DNA of 64,000 nt from Octopus sinensis (lineage: Eukaryota): NCBI RefSeq assembly GCF_006345805.1, contig NC_042997.1, positions 40,300,001-40,364,000 of the forward strand, read 5' to 3'. The notes under the pieces were generated by a model. That model made no database searches. It saw nothing but the letters and a program-made list of their open reading frames with translations, and was not told the DNA's origin. Made by a program: the position numbers and the translations under genes. Positions 24,400 through 36,906 of this stretch are shown here, one piece after another (position 1 is the stretch's first letter; every line of letters starts with the position of its first letter).

Positions 24400-25140
24400 G
24401 TTGACAGAGAATTCCAGATGGCTGACGCTATGAGGAGGAAGAATAAGGCAAGATAATTTGAACAAGGGTTGGGGAGCAAGAATATAGTGACGATGATGAA
24501 TAGAAGCAAATGTGTGGAATGAGCTTGACTGCAGGTTGTAAGCGACCACCAAGTTTGAAGCTTATGTCTGAGGCTTATGGATTGAAGTGTAACGGTTAGC
24601 TACTCCATACCAACCAGCCGGGTTGCCTTTTTTTTAATGCGATATTGTATGTCCGTGTGTGTGGAAGCAAGTGTACTAGATGCACGAGTAGTATTCTTTT
24701 GTGGGTCTGGTCTCACTTCAGTTTTGTAATAGTCAAGAAATGTTGGGATCTAAAATATTTTCTGGCTCTGAAAATGAAGGCTAATTTATCGGATGTAACT
24801 TTAGTTATTTTATGAATGTGATATCGCCAAGAGAGATTATCGAAGATTTCATATGACCTAGAAACTGTAGTAATTAGAAGATGATTTTAATGACATGTTG
24901 TCTACGGCTGGTGACGGTGAGGTACAGTATTATGTCTTTGATTTGTCTACTGATTGTACATTGTTAAAGAAGACAAGATTGACGTTTTTATTGACGAAAT
25001 ATTGATTGGAAGTTTAGGGAGGAATGAAAGTTGTTATGGTCCACATAAGATTAGCTTTGTTAAAGTAACAGTAAATAGGTTGACCTTAGTGGGAATTGGT
25101 CCAACTGTACTACGTGTTCAAAGATCTGGATAAATCTTGA
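24400..25140 (-). pseudogene. Decayed LINE reverse-transcriptase C-terminal remnant (CR1/Jockey group)
   Basis: Minus-strand peptides NQDLSR..., LSWRYHIHKITKVTSDKLAFIFRARKYF and YYKTEVRP, with stops and frameshifts. Confidence 0.65.
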
Positions 25141-26896
25141 TTCTTTAATTAGAATCCCCAGGCATTCTTTATCGAAGGTTTTGTGGCATTCTTTATCGAA
25201 GGTTTTGGTAAAGCAATCTGTTTTATTTGATTTGGAATCTCTCTGAAAGGCCAGAGTGTATTCCAAACATTTGTTTTAATTAACCGTAGAATGTAAAAGG
25301 CAAAGTTGACACCTATTCAATTTGAATCCAGTGTCATGAGATAGACAAGTGGTGATGTCTTACTCCTAGGTCAGTGGCTTTGTTCGTTTGAAGTTATTGG
25401 AGGTACTTTCGCACACGGCGTTTATTTTTACGTATTGGTGGTGAACGTAACGGAGTGGAGAGTGGAAGATTTTGTCTTGTGTGCGTGGTGTGTGAAATTC
25501 AGTTACTACTGGGCGGGGGAGGTTCAGCAGAAGTACTACATACGGAGTCACGGTGTTTGAGAAATAGAAAGACAGGTGATTGTGTCAAGTTGGCTAAGAT
25601 CGGCTATTTTGTGAAGCTAGTGGGCCAGTTGGCTGTAGATTGTATGTGTATAAAGTTAGTGTTTCAAGTGATAATTTTAAAGTTTCTGCAGTAGTGTGTA
25701 AAAGCTGTTCAACATTTTACAGGTGATGCTTTTAGGCTTGTCTTTCGCTCGTACATCTGCAACACAGATATGGTTGAAAACGATTTGAGAGTTTGGAGTT
25801 AGAGTTTTCGTTGTGGAAGAGATGAGCGGGAACATACCTTAGAAGTGGTTTTCACTAATCTATGTACCAGTTTCTGATGGGTTAGGAGTAAAGAACTATT
25901 GCTGGCAGATATCGGCTAAGAATAGGTAGTAGGAAGTGTTACTTGATAATGGCCAAAATATTCCGTTTCTACACCACACCGTTGGTTCTGGGAGGAGTAT
26001 GGGAGCCCAAAAATAGTTGTGGATAATAACTGGATATTGAGATTGAGTTCAGCGTAGTCACATAGATATCCTGAAAGCGCTCCCCCCTCCCCTCCCCTCC
26101 ACACACACACACACATGCGCACACAAACATGTATATAAATATGCATAGTCTTTCGGTCTTTCACGATGGCGAACAATTAACACCTATTCATATGATAGAT
26201 AACGTTATCTCAACGTTTGTGTTGTTTATTTTAAAGAACTTTTTATTATTTGAAAAGAGAGAGAAAAAGAACACGAATGAGTTGTTGGTTATCAAGTAAA
26301 TATTTCTTGTGTTGTCACAATGTCAGAGATTTATAGAACAGAGAAAAGATCGTGACTTTAATGCCTTTCTCATATGTTGGGGCTACACAAGTGAATTCCA
26401 TCATAAATCGAAACTGTTTCTTTAATTAGAATCCCCAGGCGCTCATCTCAACTATTCTGTGGCATTCTTTATCGAAGGTTTTGGTAAAGCAATCTGTTTT
26501 ATTTGATTTGGAATCTCTCTGAAAGGCCAGAGTGTATTCCAATCATCATCATCATTGTTCGACCGTGGTCGAGACTTTCATAGTCTTTTCAAATGGCTAA
26601 TAATGTGTGCGCGCGCCACTACTACACACATTGGAAAGCATTGTACAACCAAGTACTAAAGAAGATCTTTCCTCCTCCATGAAACAAAGCTGTTCCCGCT
26701 GGACGTCAACCCAGTATTTCTAAGCTACGGACCCAGTGATTTATTGTAAGGTTATCTCCTAAGATAGATTGCCTTCACTACGGCTAAGGAGCCCTTGTAT
26801 TATACACCGTAGAATGTAAAAGGCAAAGTCGACACCTATCCAATTTGAATCTAGTGTCATGAGATAGACAAGTGGTGATGTCTTACCCCTAGGTCA
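25141..26896 (+). repeat. Local duplication: 25141-25375 and 26418-26896 (second copy interrupted at 26543-26805)
   Basis: 'ttctttaattagaatccccaggc...gagtgtattccaa' and 'accgtagaatgtaaaaggc...ctaggtca' each occur twice at high identity. Confidence 0.92.
26543..26805 (-). mobile_element. RTE-related non-autonomous element with (GAT)n tail
   Basis: Minus strand starts 'gggctccttagccgtagtgaaggcaatctatcttaggag' (RTE-5'-like, from recognition) and ends (gat)n. Absent from the other duplicate copy. Confidence 0.5.
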
Positions 26897-28266
26897 ACTC
26901 GTTCAACACATGGCCAAGCAATGGCTATTCTTATAATGTAGGTTTTACAGCTTTAAGTATCTTGCTGTCCTAAAAGTAGTTTACGTTTGCTTTCCCTTTC
27001 ATCTTAGCGAATATTTTACAGGAAATGGTCAATACTGGTTTTCGGTTTGTTTATCGCAGCGCAAAGAAGTCTCATAATTATATTCTAGAATGAATTATTT
27101 CGAAGTAATTGGCAAAATGAAGAAAGTATCAGCTTACCAGAGATGGAAAAGTTGTTTTGTGGTTGCACTGTGCCCGTGATCAAGGTACTTAACTCATGCT
27201 TGTTCAATCCAACTAACATTAAAGCGGAGGCTCTTACTGCATTAATCAGCCGTGGAGCTGTATAATTAAGAAGTATTTCATTGACATGCAGTGTTGAATT
27301 CTAATCCTATGGCGAGTAGGCTTGGAGATGTATTTTTTAAAAAAATGATCAGGATTTCGTACGCATTAAAGTGAGCATTTAAGAAGATAATTACGTCTCC
27401 ATTCGTGACACTTTAGCTTAGTAAATATTCATTGATAGATCGAATAATAAATTGTTATAGATAAAAGCAAGTTCAAATCTAAGTGAAGTAAATGAGAAAT
27501 ATTGGGCTGTCTGATAGATTTGTTCAATTTTTTTCTACTTGTCACTCCATCGTCATATTTCTGAAACGATAAACAAAAGTTGTAAATAAAATAGTGTGGA
27601 GGAAATACCCCAAAGAACAAAGGAATTTATTGCATAACCCAATACCAACCACCACATTTTAGCAAATAAAATAATCGTTACAAATTTTACGCTAATTTTC
27701 ATGCAAGTGAATAACAATAATGATATTCTTGCAAGAGTTAAGGTGGCTATAAGGTAGTTGCTCTAATAGTACTGTGAATTGATTTTTATGTTAGCTTTAA
27801 GCTTACGAAGTGAGTAAATGAGATGGTGTGACATTCGTGCTTTAACTAAAGGGCATTATCTGTGTAAATGAAGAGAAATCGAAACCGAGAGAAGACATCG
27901 ATTACATTATGAATTGTTCTCATTTTTCAGCAGCAGACTTCTTCGTATAATAGAGACAGGGTAGGTACGGAAATCTCAAAACCACCACAATCACCACTAC
28001 TGCTACTACTGTTGCTGATTTACGTGGAATTCGTTGACGTAGATAGATGCACAGATGCAGTAATCCAGATACATCATGTTCCCACTTAGTCCAGTCTCGT
28101 ATTTTGCCATGAAGTGAAATATCGCATGCGGTAACTGTTCTTTTCTTAACTGTTCCCTACATCCCAGTATTACTGTATATTTATTTGGTGGTTGCCACAG
28201 TAAAGGGAACAAGGTGGACGGGGTCTGAGAATGACAAGCTGCTGTTCTGTCATTGGTTTTGAGCAT

Positions 28267-28460
28267 AAACAAAACTGGATCTCCTCCTGTCAAAAGTTCC
28301 GGATGAGCCTACCTAACGGTAGGAAACGCAGTTGAGGGTAGCAGCGTCACACTCCCTCATTCATCATGTTACATATCAGCGGAGGTTTCAAGTAGTGAAG
28401 ACGTAGTAAAGCCAACGGCGGTGCTCCAGCATAGCCGCTGCTCTCGAGCTGAGACTAGTT
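28267..28460 (+). mobile_element. 3' fragment of the same CR1/L2-like LINE family as 19275-19710
   Basis: TKLDLLLSKVPDEPT*R*ETQLRVAASHSLIHH. Tail 'ggcggtgctccagcatagccgctgctctcgagctgagactag'. Confidence 0.82.
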
Positions 28461-28732
28461 ATAGAGTTTTAAGGAGTGATATGTTTTTGAGTTTCTATAG
28501 ATTACGTTGTAATGATAGTATAAGTATAGTGTTGTAGCATATGGGAAGGTGTGGCTCTTTATATCTGGGTGTCTGGGGATGGGAAATTCTACAGAGGTAG
28601 CCACTATATCGTTTGAAATTTGTTGCAGGAACAAACTGTACCCCTCATATAGTAAAATCAGGAATTTTTATTATATGCTTTATTGTTTATAGTATGCCTT
28701 TACTAGTCGCATGAGTATATATAAATATATAT

Positions 28733-28962
28733 GGCGGCGAGCTGGCAGAAACGTTAGCGCGCCGAGCGAAATGCTTAGCGGTATTTCGCCTGTCGTTACG
28801 TTGTGAGTTCAAATTCCGCCGAGGTCGACTTTGCCTTTCATCCTCTCGGGGTCGATAAATAAAGTACCAGTTTCGCACTGGGTCGATGTAATCGACTTAA
28901 TCCGTTTGTCTGTCCTTGTTTGTCCCCTCTGTGTTTAGCCCCTTCTGGGTAGTAAAGGAATA
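28733..28962 (+). mobile_element. tRNA-derived SINE, family B (tail type 1)
   Basis: 'ggcggcgagctggcagaaacgttagc...gagttcaaattccgcc'. 17-bp TSD tatatataaatatatat. Confidence 0.92.
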
Positions 28963-29003
28963 TATATATAAATATATATATATTGTGGTATCGACTGTGA
29001 ATT

Positions 29004-29313
29004 GACGTGTCCTAGTGGTTTGGGTATTCGGTTCATGATCGTAAGGCCGTGAGTTCGATTCCTGGCGGAGCACTGAGTAAGACGCTTTATTTCACGTTGC
29101 TCCAGTTCCCTTATCTGGAAAAAATGAGTAGTACCTGTATTTCAAAGGGTCAGTTTTGTCACATTCTGTATCACGCTGGATCCCCCTGAGAACTACATTA
29201 AGGGCACGTGTGTTTGTGGAGTGCTCAGCCACCTGCACGTTAATTTCACGAGAAGACTGTTCCGTTGATCGGATCAACTGGAACACTCATCGTTGTAACC
29301 AACGGATTACCAG
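29004..29313 (+). mobile_element. tRNA-derived SINE, family C
   Basis: A box 'tagtggttt', B box 'gttcgattcc', CORE-like 'tttcacgttgctccagt', 3' domain 'gagtgctcagccacctgcacgttaatttc'. Confidence 0.82.
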
Positions 29314-30936
29314 TGCCAATATAGTACTTAAAGTGTTTTATGCTGGTATTGTACGGATATACAGCAAAATGGTTACTCTAAGCTACTGCTGTTGTTAACA
29401 GCTAGACATTTTCAAATATAGCAATTCGTTTTATTGTCCTTATCTCGTTGAAATGACAGAATGAATAATTTTGTTTAACTTCAGTCTCCAAAGTGTTTTA
29501 CAGTAAAGTATGGATGTTAAAACAAATCATTACCCCAATAAGTCAACATCTGTATACAGTGAATTGATAAGACTTTAGTCTCTTGTCTTACAAACCATTA
29601 CTTGATATTCAGTTACACTATTAGAATATTTTGGCACGATATCATCTTCTTACCCAAAACGCTAAATTCAACTTGTCATAACTTTGCTTAATTAGAATAT
29701 TAAAAAAAAACCTTAAGTTATGGCATCTGTTTAATACACGCTTCAACTATTAGAAAATGATGAATATTTATGTACGAAGACATTCTCTCAAGACTATCTC
29801 TGACCAACCATTCTGGGTGTGTATTTTTTTAACATTAGTAAAATGTTGCGGATAAACAGAGGAGTAAAATATAAGATTATATTATATTTATGCCTTTCTG
29901 AAGGCATATGTCCTGCTATAAAGCAGCACTCAATCAACCAATCTGCATAAGTATTAAAAAAGCTTCAAGACACATCTCACTAACTGTGAGAATAAATAGC
30001 TTGCATTAGCAGTTATTTACCAATATGGCTTGTAGGAAACTAAAAAGTGGCAAAAGCAAACGGCTAACCATAGCTTCGGTAATTCTTTTATAATTCTGTC
30101 GTAACCAGCACCAGTTGCATTCTTCCTGAGCAACTACTAGCTCATTCTATTTCTGGAAAAAAATATTACATATTTCTTCGTTGCATTTGAACTAAAATGT
30201 CAATGGGAAAATATTTAATTCAGTTCGAGAATAAGAATTACTCATGTCTTTAACCATTTGAGAATACAACCAATTAAAATGTAGAATCTTTTTTCAGAAA
30301 GGTTGTACAGTAAAAGTAACAAATTCCTTTGCGCTTTCGAATCTAACTAAGTTAGTCTGGTAGCTTATAATTAATCAGTGCCATTGTACACTGAACTTCT
30401 TGTAAAAGAACCCACATCCCGCCACAAAAAAAAAAGAAAAAAGAAAATACCACTGAAGTAGGTCGAGTAAGTTGGTTATTAGATATTACTTTTATTTGAG
30501 TTTGTACTTCATCTAAGAACTACTTTGAAGATTCTGCTTTCTTTTTAATTTTTTTTTTCATTTACCTAACATCAACAAGTAGCTTCCTTCTGTAAGAGAC
30601 TCTTGATTTTACTGTATTGTTATCCTGTATTACTAAAGGGTGACTCAAATGACGTCTGAGGAAATAGTATTCGCAAGTAATCATGTCTTATTCATGAAAA
30701 TTTAACTTATTATCGTTGATTAATTTCATTACTATCTGTTGGCAACATTTTCAGATAATTATTAGTCTAGAGATTAATACTGGTTATATGTTGAAAAGAA
30801 AAATATATATATATATATATGATTACAACATTAAAATGAATTACAGAATAAAGTATGAAGGAACCAGACGAGAATACACAGACACATACTATCGTGAAAT
30901 AAATTAGGGTTAAAAAGTAACATACTGACACGAGAC

Positions 30937-31001
<65 letters not shown>

Positions 31002-31579
31002 AGGAGAGAGATAGAGCGACACACAGAGACGCATGCGAGATCAGCCCCAACTTTTCAGCTGATCAGGGAGAGAAGAAACCATCTTCTTCCCTCCAGATTT
31101 AGAAGAGCTTCTTCATGCGAGACAAGGACGGGGCTACAAAGGAAACTTCACTTTCCCGAGGTTGTCCTAACATCTTTGGTACCTAATGGACTCATATGGC
31201 GAGAGGAGGCAAAGAAGATAACTGACTGAACTGACAGTCTCGCGTGAAAATGGATGTGTGGAGGCTTTGGAGAAGAAAACCACCTAGTAACAGGATTTGA
31301 TCCACCAATATAGGATAACAGGTTGATAGTTCTAGCGAGTACCATTCGAGGACGGTGCTGAGGTTTACATATCAGACTGTGTGGAAAATGCTGACTGTTC
31401 TTTGAGTGGCAGAAGACAAAAAAGAAAGACAGCTGCTAGCAAGATGGAGGTCAGAGGAAGAACATTTTGCTGGCTCGGAAACAAATGAAGGGAGATGAGC
31501 TGGAGGTCAAAAGAGGACGGGTATTGATTGGCCATTAATGTTGACGCGTCGATTGGACTACGTTTCGGTTGAGAGTTGA

Positions 31580-31745
31580 AACACACAATGAAAGTTGGAC
31601 AATTATTTAATGATGTTGATGCGGTGAAAATGGCTGTAAAGAAGTGGGTACAATAATGCACGACTGAATTTTTTTAAAGAGGGTTTACTAGTTAGGTTCA
31701 AGGACAGGGCAAACTCATCGCTTGTGTTGAAAACCATGTTCATTA
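31580..31745 (+). pseudogene. Mariner-type transposase C-terminal remnant
   Basis: LKHTMKVGQLFNDVDAVKMAVKKWVQ*CTTEFFKEGL resembles the mariner F....VK.AV..W......FF..GI motif. Confidence 0.5.
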
Positions 31746-32500
31746 GTATCCTTGTATTGAGAAAAGATTACTTTACTAACGCGTGCAATTTCAGCGGCCT
31801 CTGTCAGTTAATATAAAAGATATGCCCACTTTTGCATTGCTTTCGAGACAACCCTCGTATATATCATTTTTTCTCTGCCCAAGCTGCAATACGGTTAAAG
31901 TAAAAAGTATCAGTTCATTAGATATGGATTTATTTATCTATTTATTTATCTATTCAATCACATCTAACAATAATTATTACAAGTGAGTTCACATCCTCAG
32001 AAATTTTAAGTCGCGGGATCTTCACTTAATAATGAGGTGCCCCAGTTCGTTGGGTTAGCCTCATGGTTACTGTTGACTAGAGTGCTATTACTCGATGTTT
32101 GAACAATATTTTCGGAAAGTATGGATATGAAGGTGAAGAAAATTGGCATCAGTCATAGTTAAAAGTACCATGTATCGGATTTTTCTAAATTTAGAGTGAA
32201 ACTCTATACAACGGTTGATATCTTAATTTAAATGTTAGATTTTTTTCGAAACCGACCGTCTCTTCATAGGATTGGTTAGGAAAAAGCAAAATGCATATGT
32301 AAAAATACATACTACATGTGCTTACAAGTGCTTACGAATAGTATTTTATAAACTACACACACACAGATACACACATAGAAACATGTAATTTGTGTTGTTG
32401 CTTGTGTGTGTGTGTGGGGGGGGGGCTTATACTTTTTATATATTCCCCTATGAAACGTTTTTACGTTTATGTAGGCATAATCATACTATAAAGATTCAAA

Positions 32501-32734
32501 GGCGGCGAGCTGGCAGAAACGTTAGCGCGCTGGGCAAAATGCTTAGCTGTATTTCGTCTGCCGTTACGTTTCTGAGTTCAAATTCCGCCGAGGTCGACTT
32601 TACCTTTCATCTTCTCGGGGTCGATAAATAAAGTACTAGTTACGCACTGGGGTCGATGTAATCGACTCTAATCACTTTGTCTGTCTTTGTTTGTCCTCTT
32701 TATGTTTAGCCCCTTGTGGGCAATAAAGAAATAT
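32501..32734 (+). mobile_element. SINE family B (tail type 1)
   Basis: 22-bp TSD ataatcatactata(a/c)agattca (32477-98 / 32735-56). Confidence 0.93.
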
Positions 32735-33085
32735 ATAATCATACTATACAGATTCATTTTTTGAAAACCTAATCTAATTGAGCAACAGTTTGGACTTTCG
32801 TAAGTTCGATTCTCTTTGGAATCTTCTCAAGTTTAGTGTAGCAGCATCAGCGACTCAGGTTTATAGTATTATAAGGTTTCAACTACATGCAGAATACGAT
32901 GTCGCTTTCATAAGAAAAACACAAACAAACTGAAACTGTTTAAATTCAAATGGTAGTGATTATGTAAAATTATGCTCATACATATGTACTTATTTCCAGA
33001 CGCACATGGTGCTCCAGCATGGCCACAGTCAAACGACTGAAACGAATAAAATAATACATATATACCTTTTTTCCATACACACATA

Positions 33086-33266
33086 TCTGCAGTCAGTCGT
33101 CGCGCCTATGGCTGTTCATAGTTCTGGCATGACTTCATAAGCTTTCTCCATACCGGTCGGTTTTCTCGCTTGTGTTTGCCGTTTAATACGGCCAATTCCT
33201 TTCTACTTCACGTTCTTTTTTGCTATATCTTTGAATCTCAGTCGAGGTCTTCCATGGTTTCTTTTA
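33086..33266 (-). mobile_element. 5'-truncated RTE LINE 3' fragment
   Basis: Minus strand KRNHGRPRLRFKDIAKKN...NRPVWRKL (RTE C-terminal motif). 14-bp TSD tccatacacacata (33072-85 / 33267-80). Confidence 0.85.
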
Positions 33267-33301
33267 TCCATACACACATACTCAAACATATATATATATA
33301 T

Positions 33302-33692
33302 TCCTTTATTCTTTTACTTGTTTCAGTCATTTGACTGCGGCCATGTTAGAGTACCGCATTTAGTCGACCAAATCGATCCCAGGACTTATTCTTTGTAAGC
33401 GTAGTACTTATTCTATCGCCTCTTTTGCCAAACCGCTAAGTTACGGGGACGTAAGCACACCAACATCGGTTGTCAAGCGATGATTGGGGACAAACACAGA
33501 CACAGACACACACACACACACACACATATAGGACAGGCTTCTTTCAGTTTCCGTCTACCAACTTAACTCACAAGGCTCTGGTCGGCCCGAGGCTATAATA
33601 AAAGACACTTGTCCAAGGTGTATGGAGTGGAACTGAACCCAGAACCACGTGGTTGGGAAGCAAGCTTCTAACCACACACCCACTCCTGTGCA
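33302..33692 (-). mobile_element. Full-length SINE, family A
   Basis: Reverse complement of 16745-17116. Confidence 0.92.
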
Positions 33693-33803
33693 TGTATATA
33701 TATATATATATATATGATAATAAATATTAGGGAATAAATCCAAATTTACAGGGAAAAATCAGATTTAAGATTGAATCCAATTTTATAGTAAATTATTATA
33801 TTA

Positions 33804-33985
33804 TATTAAATTAGAGACAAAACCACTATTATGCAAATCAAACAAAGAAAGACTTAAGCCAATACATAAAATAATTTATATAAATTAAAATTTAACAATT
33901 ATAATTTATATAAATAATTTTATTTATTGGCTTAAGTCTTTCTTTGTTTGATTTGCATAATAGTGGTTTTGTCTCTAATTTAATA
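33804..33985. repeat. Palindrome with 84-bp arms (33804-33887 and 33902-33985) and 14-nt spacer
   Basis: 'tattaaattagagacaaaaccactattatgc...' / '...gcataatagtggttttgtctctaatttaata'; 2 mismatches seen. Confidence 0.95.
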
Positions 33986-33998
33986 TTATATATATATA

Positions 33999-34080
<82 letters not shown>

Positions 34081-34158
34081 CACGTATGCATATGCATATG
34101 TATATGTTGTCTGTTGATAGCTAGACCACGATATGTTTCAGTAGTTGATTTCTCTATA

Positions 34159-34372
34159 CGAAGGGGTGCTGAAAGGTTCCCGGTTTTGGGTAAAAGAAAA
34201 TACTGGACGATCAGTTAATGACTTTATTCAACATATTCCCCTCTCAGATTCTCACACTTATTGCAGCGGTCCTTCAGTTTTTCTAAGCTCTGTAAAAGAA
34301 CTCGAATGGTTGGGCCCCCAGCCAGGCCTTTCCCGAAACCCTCAAAGCCAATAACTTTTCAGCAACTCCTCG
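34159..34372 (-). mobile_element. Mariner deletion derivative (MITE), 214 bp
   Basis: TA flanks. TIR cgaaggggtgctgaaaggttcccggtttt / aaagccaataacttttcagcaactcctcg. The interior encodes LKDRCNKCENLRGEYVE* on the minus strand (mariner C-terminus). Confidence 0.9.
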
Positions 34373-34710
34373 TACATAATGCCTATCAATGTGTATTCTG
34401 TACTGTAATATTTTTGCGCATAATCATACATACAATGAAGCATAATACACATACACACACCACACACACACACACATACCCACCCACAAACACATACACA
34501 CACACACACACACACACCACATTCCCAAACGCACGCATATAGTTTGTATTTGCAAGTATTTCCACTTTCGAAATAACTTTACGGAGAAATTAAAATGAAT
34601 TCATGGGGTGGAGTAATTTTATTGGGGATATTAGGTTAGATTGTATCACATTTCATTATTCAGACTGTCATGCCTGAAGGCACTCCTTACATAGCTCAAA
34701 TACATTTGAA

Positions 34711-34764
<54 letters not shown>

Positions 34765-34779
34765 ATGTGTGTGTGTGTG

Positions 34780-34821
<42 letters not shown>

Positions 34822-35296
34822 CTCCTTGTCCTGTCTTTTACTGTTTTTATTTCTATTGTTTTTACTGTCCTGTTCTTCTTACCACTTTTACCCCTCCGCA
34901 AAAAATCCCAAATTTTATTTAATTTGCATTACGGGAAGGATTGTTTCACAGAAGTCGCGTCTTGTCCTTACCTTCGAAACGCGGAGTAGACGAATCAGGG
35001 ACAACTGAAGAAGGGGGAATATTCCTTGTGATGTATGTCTTGTACTCTGTTTTTTCGTTGTTTGAAAAAAAGTTCGTTTCCATGTTTTTGTTTTTATGTT
35101 TCCGTTTCTCATTGTGTTCAACGTTTTTTGGTGTCCTGTACCCATATATGCATGTATATATACATATAGATGTAGGTATGTACATATATGTATGTATATA
35201 TGCATATGTTTATATATTATTTATGTTATATATATATATAATATATATATATATATATACACACATATAAACATTTGTGCATATTGAAATTTTTTT

Positions 35297-35760
35297 TACT
35301 GTTTCAGCACGCGAGTTGCGGCCATGCTGGGGCACAGTATGTGCTTTGCCACACTTTTACTAAACTTTTTCTGATATGTGACATTTGGTGAATGAGGAAG
35401 GTTGATGATACTGCCCTCATCTACGTTTCTTGCTGTGAGGTAGGTTCATCCGGGACTCTTGACAGGAGATTCAGTTTTGTTTTGAAGATGCCGACACCCA
35501 CCCCATATAGATCTCTCTGGTTTTGTAAGAAGATATTGAATAGCTGTGGGCCTCTGAAGCCCAGGCTGTTGCAGTATCTTGTCCCGTATCATGATGGCAA
35601 TGTTGTGAATTTTGGTACTATATATACAGTGGCGCCCCATTTTGCTGATTGTGTAACTTACAATGCCAAAGTTTGGTACAAGTTCTAGGATTTTCCAGAT
35701 GTATATAACTGAGTATATTTCCCGCCATTGTTCTAGGGAGTAGATTCTTAGCCTTTTCAA
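35297..35760 (-). mobile_element. 3' fragment of the CR1/L2-like LINE family
   Basis: KRLRIYSLEQWREIYSVIYIWKILELVPNFGI...GRHC, then CNSLGFRGPQLFN...LSRVPDEPT in another frame. Tail 'ccccagcatggccgcaactcgcgtgctgaaacag'. Confidence 0.88.
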
Positions 35761-36872
35761 TCTCTCACACTAGCTGACATGTCAGTTTGAACCGGAGAGA
35801 TCTTTAAAATTATTGTATTATCGTTAGCGCCGTTGAAGACCAGAATACGGGATTACACGCAAGTTAACAGGGCAACTTTTTGAGGTATTACTTAACCACA
35901 AGTGAAGTTCCAGTCCTATATAGAGGCACGTTTTCACTGCGAAACTTACCCACCATGAATATGGAGATTGTTTTCAGTAGTTCAACATTTACCTTTATCT
36001 TTGGCTGGTTGCTTATATTTCTGGATTAACGAGAGCTTCTAAAAGAATTTAATTTACTGCGGCTGTACAAATAATTTCTCTACTTAAGAAGTTATCTTAT
36101 AATAAAAGATATGCAAGGAAAGCTGCGGGATCAGTAGGCGTGAAGAAAGAAAGAAAGAGAGGGAGAGAGAGAGAGAGAGAGAGAGAAAAGGGGATTAGAA
36201 GAGTAAAGAAAGGAAGTGGAAAGAATATCTTATGTAAGACAAGAATACAGAAATAAACAAAGAAGAAAAAAAGCAAGAAGGGGATGAGAAGGGATGAGAT
36301 GTCTATAAGAAGACTAATCAGTAATTTAAGGGAAATTAAGATTAGGACGAAGTGATAGCGATGCGAACAAGGTATAGTTTCAAGAAATTAACATTTGATT
36401 AATGGTTAGAGTATTCAGGTGGTTTAGGAAGTAGAGTACATCATCATCAATTTTATGGGAGGGCGTAGGAGAAGAAAGAAGAAACCAACAAGTTCATACA
36501 GCCCTGGATTTTCTTTTCGACTTTTCTACGACGGCCTCTCATTCTTTAAAATAGCAATCTACATTCTACCAACAAGCGCAGACAGTGCATACCTCTTTCT
36601 TGTCATCGTCCCTGTATATGCTACTCCTCATTTAAATTCCACACGAAATACATTTCCAATAATTTTTATCCAGAGCTGAAAGATACTTATGTTTTTCCTG
36701 CAAAGATTGATCCACAGAAGTTCGAATTTAGCATCAACCGTATTGCTCTCAAATGCTTAAGTGATCCTACTACAAAGGTCATGGCCATTGGCCCACATCT
36801 TATACTGATATATTAAAAGTAATGTGTTTGTGTGTGTGTAGAGAGAGAGAGAGAGGGAGAGAGAGAGAGAGG

Positions 36873-36906
<34 letters not shown>

